This document shows positions 1-10,999 of a stretch of DNA of 64,000 nt, piece by piece. The notes beneath the pieces are model-generated. The model was not told the DNA's origin and did no database searches. It was given only the letters and a program-made list of their open reading frames with translations. The position numbers were made by a program, and so were the translations under genes. Within the stretch, counting starts at the first letter, position 1, and each line of letters opens with the position of its first letter. The stretch is from Chrysomallon squamiferum (lineage: Eukaryota; Animalia; Mollusca): assembly GCA_012295275.1 (NCBI GenBank), contig CM022671.1:14570001-14634000 (forward strand), in the 5' to 3' direction.

Positions 1-69
1 ACGTTTCTGACTTATATATATTAAAAGTAAATATATATACATATTTTATATTCGTTTATAAATTACTAG

Positions 70-219
70 TTTGCAGCACCTCAGAGATATCACGCAGCAT
101 TCATAGGAGGCTGCTCAGTCGCAGGAATGGATGTGTTTGAACAGATGTGTATTTTGCGTGAGGGATGGCAAACTGATGGTGTCAAAAGTTTTAACAAATG
201 GAAAGCACCAAAAGCTTGA
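70..219 (+). CDS. Terminal exon of a divergent actin-like / actin-related protein (gene starts upstream of the window)
   Basis: After acceptor tactag the frame reads FAAPQRYHAAFIGGCSVAGMDVFEQMCILREGWQTDGVKSFNKWKAPKA*, which aligns with the actin C-terminus ([38 protein letters not shown]). AATAAA follows at ~369. Too short to appear in the ORF track. Confidence 0.75.
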   Translation, partial: FAAPQRYHAAFIGGCSVAGMDVFEQMCILREGWQTDGVKSFNKWKAPKA

Positions 220-313
220 ACCATTAAAAATGTCATATTTCAACATATCTGTCCAAAAATGTTAATTAAAGTGTTTGTATAATGATGTAATCAGATAGTT
301 TAAATAATATTTA

Positions 314-344
<31 letters not shown>

Positions 345-810
345 ACTGAGCAATAATCTTTACTAATAATAAAGTACAGCAACTTTCGAATAGTCTAATC
401 AGTGTGATGTTGGTTTCCTTTCTTTATATTTCTGTATACATTTAAAAAGGACAGCACCCACACATTCTCATTATTTATTACTTTATTATTAAAGTTACTA
501 TCACAGGAAACAATCTCGGAAGAATACAAAATATATTTCGCTATTTGTTCACAGAATGAAAATATATGTCACGTTATTTAATTAAGTAAAAAATTTGCCT
601 ATCGTTCTAGAATCTGCGAATACTTTCTGTTGTTTATTGTAAATTATTGAGAAATAATATTAAATGAAGCCGATAATTCTGAAAATTATTTTACAGTGCT
701 CATCTACAAGATGACATTATTTGTGGTAAATGTTATCATAAAACTTTGATAAAGTAAATTATTTTAGTGTGTTCATATTCATTTAAATCAGATTCATAAG
801 CTTTTATTTC

Positions 811-881
<71 letters not shown>

Positions 882-2160
882 TTACAGCTGTTACTCAAAA
901 TTAATTTTTTTACTTAATGGGTTATTGTTTGAGTTTTTTGTGGATTGTTTTTTAAAGTAAAGGTTTGATCTTGAAAGTCACAAACAAATATATGATCTTA
1001 TTTTCTCTGTCATATAAAGATAAATAAATTATGATAATGTTCAGTTCTTTTGGAATGAGTTTTTACCTTGCATTTTAAACTGAAATGAAAAACAATGATA
1101 GAATATTGTGTAAATTGTCTTTATTAATCCTTTTATATTATGATTTTAAAATAATTAAAATATTTCGTAAGTAGTGTTAGTATTTGCATGTATGAAAAAT
1201 TAAGTTAAGCAGCACAGAACATATCAGCACATGGATTTAGTCACAGAGAAATTGATTAGCAGACACATATATACATAAAAATATCTGCAATTTTAGTTCA
1301 TTAACTTTATTATTAACTGCGTAATAGTAGAACAAAATAAAATAATACTAATATGAATACAAGGAAAAACAAAATCACACAAACAAAAAAACAGACAGAT
1401 ATTACCTACACAAAATAAACATGTCACTAATAACATGTTAGATAATTTAAAGGTTTAGAACATATAAAAAATGACAGAAAAATATATGCAAATATACAGT
1501 CAAGAGAGATAAAGAATCATAAACTGAATAATTAGAAGATTTATAAATAAAGATTCAGTTGATTTACAGAATTGAAAATTTGTAAATTAGTTAATATACA
1601 ATTCAGTAGTTAATTAAAATACTGTGGTTGAAGAACTGGGTATACATGAAATTGGTTGTGTTCCTGCTGTTCAACAGTACATTCTTCTAATGCTTTTCAC
1701 TTGGCTTGTTTTAATTACTTATTATTCATATTTTAAAAATATTAATGAATATAATATATACACTTTTAAAAAAACAATTCTCTATTTCATGTAAAGCATA
1801 TCTGGGATCACCCAATAATTGATGTCTGTTTACACTCAGATCAAATAAAGCATTACTAACCTAAGTGAAATTTTGTGATTTTATTAATAGTCAAATGTCT
1901 TTCAAAACAGAACATAAACATAATAACTAAGGTAAAAAAAAAATATATTACCATTTAAATTATAGTAACATATAACATAGAAAGGTATGAATACTTCTAT
2001 TTATCATGAGTCACTTTTTGGAACTTTCGAACTTACTAAATATTTTACAATTTCCGTATCTCTGCCTCAGTATTAAGATAGCAAAGTATATTCTGTGACA
2101 GAGAGATAATAAAAAACAAAAAAAAACAAAAACAGTTTTGAGTCTGTTTACCATTTTTAA

Positions 2161-3440
2161 TCATGTTGTCAAACTTGATGGTCCTTTTTGTGAAATGCTG
2201 TAGCGTGGACTATCATACTGAAAAACAGAAATAATCCGAAATTAATTATTTGTTAACTATACATAGATGAATTGTGAATTATAAAAATAAATATGTAAAG
2301 AAAAGAAAAATAATTGTGAAAATAAAGAACAGTTTTCTAGCTGGAAGATCATATTAACTAAAGAGTAACTTTGAAAATATTGCATGGTATGAATTTTACA
2401 ACTAGATCAGATGCAAATGAGACAAAATGTATACATATGCACAATGAAATTCAGTTTGGTTCAGAGATACTGTTAGTAAACAAATGTCCAGAATGTAACT
2501 AAAAAAGTAATAATTTACCCTATCAGTCTCTCTGCTAGCTTCAATTGTTCCCAGTTTGGCAAGTACAGCTTCCAGCTGGCGCTGGGTTGTGTTTTCAATT
2601 CGATCTACTCTCCATGACACCACCACCAGATCATCATATGTCACTCTCCCCCACCAGATCATCATATGTCACTCTCCCCCACCAGATCATCATATGTCAC
2701 TCTCCACACCACCGGATCATCATATGTCCCCCCCCACCAGATCATCATATGTCACTCTCCCCCACCAGATCATCATATGTCACTCCCCCCCACCAGATCA
2801 TCATATGTCACTCTCCCCCCACCAGATCATCATATGTCACTCTCCCCCACCAGATCATCATATGTCCTCTCCCCCCCACCACCAGATCATCATATGTCAC
2901 TCTCCCCCCACCATATCATCATATGTCACTCTCCACACCACCGTCACTCTTCTTGATGAACCCCTCCTGACTCTCACTGGATATAGCACCAATGTCTGAA
3001 CGTTTCTTAGTTACTTTCAGTCCTCATTTAGAATCCTTCTTCATTGATTTCTGTCATTTAAATATAGTAATCATACATCTCAACATTGTTATATCAGTCA
3101 CTTAAATACTATTTTATTATTATTATATATATACATTTCAGTTGTGAAATGACTCCATACCCATGGCAAACAAATAAATATTTAAATCAATTTTACAAAG
3201 ATTTATCAAAATCTGTTGGCTAAGTGATTGAAATGAAAAACAGAGCACAGTTTGTGTAAAATCATTTCTTATTATGAGAAAATGCACTGTTTTCTACATC
3301 AGTCACACACACATAAAAATTACCTTTGGTTTTTCACATATCCTACTGCATCAATTTTCTCTCTTCTCTGTCCACAACTGTTACCATCATAGTCATACTT
3401 AGCAAACATTGCCTGGATGTCGTCATCAGCATAACCACAG
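2161..3440 (-). pseudogene. Polycystin-2 (PKD2/TRPP)-like C-terminal fragment (EF-hand + coiled coil), apparently disrupted
   Basis: Exon 3324-3440 reads GYADDDIQAMFAKYDYDGN (cf. PKD2 GHTDAEIEAIFTKYDQDGD). Exon 2519-3050 ends VTYDDLVVVSWRVDRIENTTQRQLEAVLAKLGTIE (cf. [35 protein letters not shown]). Terminal exon 2161-2217 reads YDSPRYSISQKGPSSLTT*. All three frames have stops at the start of the middle exon, and a non-triplet repeat lies inside it. No channel exons recognised upstream. Confidence 0.75.
2622..2941. repeat. Minisatellite, ~28-bp unit (accagatcatcatatgtcactctccccc), 11 copies
   Basis: The core atcatcatatgtc is counted 11 times; unit length varies with the poly-C tract. It explains the repetitive + strand ORFs at 2545-2999. 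Confidence 0.95.
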
Positions 3441-5607
3441 CTACAACAACAACAATAATAATTAGTAAATAAAAATAAATAAAATGTAGGAAGTATTAAA
3501 ATTGTATTACATATGACGTCACTGCTCACCACCACTTCTTTGCGTCACTGGTAATGAATATGACCCTAGTGAAAAACAGAACACACCTAGAAAATAATGA
3601 CTATTATAACTAGATATAGACTGAACAGTCACTGGAGTATGCAATAACAATCGAAACTATGCATATTAAAATATATATACACTAATGTTAATTCTAACAG
3701 GCTGGCAAAATTCATTCTAAAATTCAGACAAGTTAAATCTGAAGAAAATAATTTAGTCTAAGGGGAGTAACTCCAACCACATCACGAATGTAATACTGAA
3801 TGTTTAACTAAACCTCAGCACGTTAAAACAGACTACTTTCAACAAGAAGGTCAGACTGATGTCTACAGAATACTAAAATGTCAGGTTATAAAGGCACACA
3901 CACACATAGGAAATGGAGGAATATATATATATATCATTTTGTCTACAATATAAAGCTTACAACATGCAGCAGTGCGAGAGAATTTTAATAAAAAAAAAAT
4001 AAAAAATCACTATCACCCTCTTTAATGTTTTTACTTCAGTTTCGATACAAATAATGAAACTGTCACTCAGTTTAACCAAGGATGACATCAGCTCAACCGA
4101 ATTGTTTCATCCATAAGAAAATATGACCAAAGTGCCACCTGGATCAGAGGCCATCTTCACACAGCTACAGGTGTGAGTGAATAATCAGACAATCAGAAAC
4201 AGGCTAAGCAAATTTGAATCAAATGATATTGCTAAAATAAATGTCCACACACCTTGATAGCTTTCCTTATCAAGTATCAGTCTACTATTAAAGAAACAAA
4301 TTGTTATTCATATTTTAAAATTAATAAGCCAATTAATTGCCTATTAAGAAACAAATTGTTTTAAATGTTTTTGTATTAAGCCAAACTATATTTTAGCTAC
4401 TTCAGATACATGTCTAGAGTGATATAAATGGCTTACACTATATTTTTTTTTATCTGTATGAAATAAGAAATATGAAATAAGAAACATTTATTTGTGAGAA
4501 ATGAAGCATCATATTTTAAATTAATAATAATAAACTTAGTAACACTGATAAAGAAGAGTAATTTCAAACTGGATAAACATCTATTCTATAGGTCAACTTG
4601 TGACTTATAATTGATCTAAAATTCAAATTAGGTGGAAATATTTAAGTGTTTGGTATACAAAATCAACTGATTCACTGCCTAGGCTGTAAGAAGAACTACT
4701 AGTTGACGGAATGCAGACAGCACCACAACAAGGCACACAAAACAAAGATAAAAATATATATTTTTTGTGTGTGTGTGTTCTTTCCGGTTTTTTAATATTG
4801 CCTTTTCTTCTGTTCTGTTTTTAAAACTTTAACAAATCAAACTGTATAAAATGTACAATAATAACAACAGTAGTAGTAATAATAATAATAATAATAAAAA
4901 TAATAATAATAATAATAAAAGTAGTAGTAATACTTGATAGTAATATGTATATATATATATATATAGGTTATGTGTGAAAGTAATGAATTCTGTTTGTGGG
5001 TGTTAAGGTTCAAGTGGACCTCTTGGGATATCTGAGAACTCTACACAGACTCATCAATTTGATCTATAGTTTCCTTTTTTTCTTTTAAATTTACAGACAA
5101 ATCTATACTCTTTAAATAGTAATTTTAAATTAAATTAAAATTAAAGTAGTTTATGTTAGAAACATTATATGATATTCTGAATTTTTAAAATTAATTTAAT
5201 AAAAGGATTTTTCTTTTTAAAGACCTTTTAGTTTTCCTTATAAATGTGTACATGTTTCTTGTTTGATATTAACAGTTGTAACTGATCTGCTAGGACATTT
5301 TACTGTAATCAAAACAGCAAAAACCATGACCTTTGATTAATATGGAACAAACCAACAATGTTGTTTAAAAAAGCACTATCTATATAAAAGAACTTTCACA
5401 GATTTACAAACTAACTCTTAGTAACTTGTCAACTGTACATTATTATTTATTTTGTAGATAATATATTTTCATGAAATAAGCAAAATGAACAACCACTTGA
5501 AAAAATATATTCTTGTGGAGGACTGGTGAAAAAATAAAAACTTTTTATATGATAAAATGGATATATCATGTAAAAAAATAAATAAAAATGTTTTGCCTTT
5601 GGTATCT

Positions 5608-5645
<38 letters not shown>

Positions 5646-5654
5646 CTCTCTCAC

Positions 5655-6258
5655 CTCTGCTCTCTCTGCTTTTTCTTCTCTGCCAACTCTTCTTCATGCC
5701 TCTTGACAGTTCCTTCTTCTGTCAGTGCCTTGGCATGCCTCATCCTTTGATTTTATTTGAAGTCTGACAATGTGCCACATCAGATGGACTGAACTTTCAG
5801 TTGTTTCAAAAAACTCAAATAAAACTCAAAAAAAAACTTTAAAAAAACCCACCAGACTGGACTATATCAGTGCCAAAACACTTGATTTCACCACCACAAA
5901 TAGGGGCCAGATTTACCCCACGTGGGGGGAGTTAAATAAAACACACACTTTTTGCCTAATTACCACATATTAATCAGGTTTCCTCTGCTGACCTTAATAA
6001 CTGATTTTATGGTTTACCTGTTATAATTTATCACTAACCTTTTGTCTATAGAACTAAATAAAACCTTTTTTTTACAACCTTGTTGTTTTCACTTCTTTCA
6101 TGGCCACTATACTCCATGTGTAAATGGCTGATTACCTGAATCCTTTGTTCTAATGAGAGACATGAAGGTTCTGTTTATATCAACAAAGTTCCAAAGAACA
6201 ATACAGTGGCTGTAAGTCATAATATAGCTTACGGGCCAGAATTACCCCACCTTACCCT
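5655..6258 (-). mobile_element. Possible degenerate pogo/Fot1-like DNA transposon remnant
   Basis: Terminal-like gggtaaggtggggtaattctggccc (minus strand, ~6233-6257) with an internal second copy at ~5903-5921. A short charged frame MRHAKALTEEGTVKRHEEELAEKKSRESR (~5655-5743) resembles DDE_1 transposase tails. No opposite TIR found. Confidence 0.3.
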
Positions 6259-6944
6259 TTATGTTGTGTTTGGTACCTGTGTGATGTGCACAAGACAGAA
6301 CACAAGAAACCACACCTACATAACAGACACTACTTCATACATAACATAATACACATCATAAAAAAAAACACACCCATAAAATGCAAAAACAACACACAGA
6401 GCTCATCATACAGTCCACACCAAACAAAACACAAACATGTGGCAACAACAGACATCTAGAATATACACAGTACATACACCATATAGGACAAAACACACAA
6501 AACTTCAGCACAGGGGACAAATTAAATGAATATAGCAATTACATTCATTTAATAATAAACACTGCATTACTTTTGTTTTCAGTACATTTTAAATTTTATC
6601 ACTTTAGTTGAATTGCAAATAATATTTTAAAAATCAAAAACTGAAAGCATCGACCATTTCAGTATTAAACTTGTACCATTTATACTAATGAATTTCATTT
6701 ATGTTTAATAACTGTTAATTTAAACTTCTAGTACTGTACAGTGAATAAGAGACATGCTCAGATGTGTTGAAATTTGGGTTCTTAATGTTTATTTCACTTG
6801 AGCAATGTGCAAGGATTTGCCACAATCTTTCTTGTCACAGTATTCACTTAGTTTTCAGTTTAGTAATTCACTGTACACACTCAGTTTCTGAAGAAATGAG
6901 CTAGCACATCGGTCACAGAAGACGCTGGACGGGTCAGTTTATAT

Positions 6945-7205
6945 CAGTGGCGTGCTGACGTCTGGTGATGCCTGGGGTCGACCCATTGATTGTGTCCCCA
7001 AAAACTCAAGTGTAAGACCAGAAATATTATGAAATTGGAAGATATTTTGAATATGTAAACACATATGCAACATAAAATAAATACTTTATTCGATTTAAAT
7101 ATAAATCAACCAAATTTATTAAGTTCTCTTCGCTGATTGGATGCCCCCACCCCCAAATTTGGATGCCCAGGGCTTCTGCCCCTCAGCTCCCGTCTGCACG
7201 CCGTG
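6945..7205. mobile_element. hAT-type non-autonomous element (MITE), 261 bp
   Basis: Imperfect TIRs cagtggcgtgctgacg / cgtctgcacgccgtg, flanked by an 8-bp TSD gtttatat (6937-6944) / gtttatac (7206-7213). GC-rich subterminal ggatgccc motifs surround an AT-rich core. Confidence 0.8.
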
Positions 7206-7839
7206 GTTTATACGTTTTGCTTATAACAATTTATTTATTTTTTTTTAAATTTTTATCATGACACTTGAACGTGATGTAAAACTTATTAACAGTGCATCGT
7301 ATTGTTTTTCATGGTATAAATTTGTTGGGGATGCCAAAAAAAAAAAAAACCTTTCATTCAGTATTCGTGTTATTCAAATTTCAAAATTTGTAATTGTCAT
7401 GCATCGTCTGTAGCAGTGGTGAAACAATCATTGTGACATTATCAGACAAAAATAAATTTTCAGCTGAAATATGAGATAGAAATATCATGAATTCTTTGAT
7501 ACAGTCAAACTGCCAAGCAGTGAAATCCATTCAGAACTAACCACACGCTAACAAAACTGTTCATCGCTGAGCTATAAAAATAATTTATTTATTATATCAT
7601 ATGTTAGTACAGCAGTCTTTTCTCCGAGTTTCACGTTCATCCACCAGAATCAGACTGCAACTGACGAATGCAAAAAGACTGTGATAGTGCTGGGTGTTTA
7701 AAGCTACAATGCTCTCAATGATTTATGGCATTGTTGTTTTTTTGTTGTTGTTTTTAATTTATTTTGTTGTTACTATTGTTGTTGTCTATATTTGTTTCTA
7801 AGATCAATCCAAATAAAGTATTAATCAGAAATATCACAA

Positions 7840-7870
<31 letters not shown>

Positions 7871-8818
7871 AATTAAAAAATTAAAATTGAAATAAAAGAT
7901 TATTATTATTACATGACTGTAACTAGACTTTTTGAAATTAGGCAAAAACTGATGTCTATGAAGATAATAATAATAATAATGATAATAAATAAATAAATAA
8001 ATAGTTAATAATAATAATAATAATAATAAGATAGAGGACAAAGACTAAGAAAGAGTTTTTAAATCTGTTGGGACATCCATGAGTACAAAGTTTGAGAAGG
8101 CTCTTCTTACCTGACTTCACAGGCTTATATGAGCCATCCCAGAATGCAATACTCACGGCTGTTTTGTTACAACTTCAAGATTTTATCTTCAAACAAACAT
8201 AGAAAGAATTATTGCACAAAACGCCTTCATGTTATATGGATTTTAGAACATAGACTGCACACACACACACACACACACACACATTTGGTTCTTGATGTTT
8301 ATTTCACATGTGCAAGGATTTGTAATTCTGGCTATTAACATCTGCCAATTTATTTAAGATATTTGACCATAGAGCTGTCTCTGAGTAAACAGTGATGTGA
8401 ACTGTTGGAAGGAGGGTGTCATCCCATGTGGTCGAAATAACTCTTCTATCCAAATACCTGATTATTTGTTTATGTAATAAACATGGCTTCTTCATAGTTT
8501 TTCAAATAAAATAAGCTTTTGTGAGTAAAACTCTGTATATACAAACTTTCATAAGAGTTGGACAATGGTTAATTTACCAATACGTTCTTCATGAACTATT
8601 GAGTATATAAGAAGATGTTTTTTGAAAAAAAAAAAACCCATCACACTTATCATTATGGAAATGGCTGATTTATGCAAGGTAGAATTTGTGCAGTCAAATC
8701 GTGGAAAACAATAAATTTTGTTAGATGGTTAAAAATACAGTCGACATTGCTGAATATACCCCTGCAGTACCTGAACGCTATTGGTCACCTCAACAAAACT
8801 AGATATTTTAAGATATGT

Positions 8819-8854
<36 letters not shown>

Positions 8855-9637
8855 TAGTAGAATTCATTTAAGACAGTAAAAAAAGAAAACAAATAACTTT
8901 CTGATAGTTTTCTTTAATCTAAATAACTGCTGTAATTAATGCAGTAATTCCACTTTTAAATATTGTCAGACTAATTGAGAATACAGATGCACCGGCTATG
9001 AAGCAACTGACCCAAAAACTCGAACCAGACTGAGCACGAAATCATTAAATCTGTATTAACACTTTCTATCATAATCTCAAAATATCATAATTGTTAAAAG
9101 TTTTAAATTTTTAAATGGTATAAATGTGAAAATCATTAATGTTACACTGCCTGTAAGATTAAAACAAATTTTGACAAATTTAAAACCCTTTGCACCAAGT
9201 GAAGAATTAAATTTATTCATACTTAAATTATTATTTACACTTTTGATTTACTACTTTCACAAGATTATCAAATCGAAAATGTGATTAAAATTTTATTTTT
9301 CCATTCAAGTCAACAACCTATAAAGACATAGAATGCTAAAAATTATTTTAAAAATTTGAAATAAATTAAATAATAAATATATTTAATGAACATAAAAATT
9401 TGTAATGCTAAAAAAAAAAAAATAATAATAATAATACTATTAATGATACAAGTTAATTTGTCGAATTTATAAAATACTTCTGTGGGATTTGTTTTTATTC
9501 ATAATGCTATGTTGTTTATTTAGCAGGTGAAGAACAACATCATCTGGAAATGAAAGTTTTGCAGTTTTCAACAAAAATATTACAAAGAGTTCCTTGGCAA
9601 AAATGTCGACAATTTTGGATTTCTAATTACTTAAGTC

Positions 9638-9671
<34 letters not shown>

Positions 9672-10999
9672 TCTATAAAATACATACATGCAAATAACTA
9701 AATATAGATATATCCTAAAATATTTAGAACTGATTCATGCAAACACATTTTAAACTTGATATGTTTGAGTATGAAATTTTCAATTATTAATATTTATAAA
9801 AAAAAAAATCATCTTTCAGTCATGTGTAAATCTTCATGGGGAAACAGTGCCTAGGAAAACTGGAAGATTGCAACTGATGATTTAGTGGAGAGGATTTGAT
9901 TTCCATAGCAACCTGTACCAGAAATAATAATAATAATAATAATAATAAATAATAATAATAATAATAATAATAATGAAATATCTAAACTTTTATACCTTGC
10001 TTTTTCATCTTTCAGAGTCATATGTAAATACTGAAAAACTGGAAGACTGCAAGTAATGATTTAGTGCAGAAGATTTGGCTATGTTATTAATTTTATTTCA
10101 TGTATAAATAATACACAAAATAACTATGTTCACCAAATCAGTTACCACAGTCATTGAGGGCAACCTAATCCTCACCACAAAACTATAAAATAAAATTACA
10201 GAGTAAAACACAAAGGAATAAAAAAATTGGGAGCAATTTAACTGATAAATGAATGAGCAAATTTGTTTTTATTCTTCTTACTGGACATATATTGAAAGAA
10301 AATTTTAATTATATATGAAAAAGTATAAGTATTTATTCATTTACATTACAACAATAGAATTATAAAAAGATTATAATTAAAATAAATATTATTCTTTATT
10401 AAGTCTCATTTCACACACACACATTTTAGTGATATGGTTTAAATAATTATGTAATATATTTTATTATTTTAATATTAGTACAAACTCTGGTTTTATTTAC
10501 ATACATAAACTTTATAAGTATTAGCAATGATATAGGAAATTTTGACTGTTTGCAACTGAAAGGATGTTTAATCAGAGCTGCAAAAGTTATTTCCCCTGTC
10601 AAAGAAAATGTAAACAAAAATTAAACAAGAAGGTTTAGATTACGTCAACACTTTTTTCATGTCAGTCATTCATTTATTGATACATGACAAAGTAACATCT
10701 TGTTTAAAAAAAAGAACACACTGATGCTGGATTAGTGATGGTCGATATATAGGCCTGTAAATACATAAACACACACACAACAAAAATGTTTAATGTAAAA
10801 GAATGCTGATATCTGAAATGAAAATGACCATTCTGGAATTTTATTCAATAAAATTAAGCTGGATATTTTCACATTTTCAGCAAACATTTGTTGTAACCAG
10901 AAAATTGTATTTAAATAATGACATGTAAATAATAGCAATGATCCAGACGTGTTTGAAAATATTTGTTATATTGAGCAACTTCTTTTATTGTCCTATTAT

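Noticed and set aside
2545-2999. Three overlapping + strand ORFs rich in P/H/S
   Set aside because: They are translations of the minisatellite; the meaningful homology is on the minus strand.
4205-4245. Minus-strand FILAISFDS resembling PKD2 S6 MFLAIINDT
   Set aside because: Too short and weak, with no flanking homology or exon structure.
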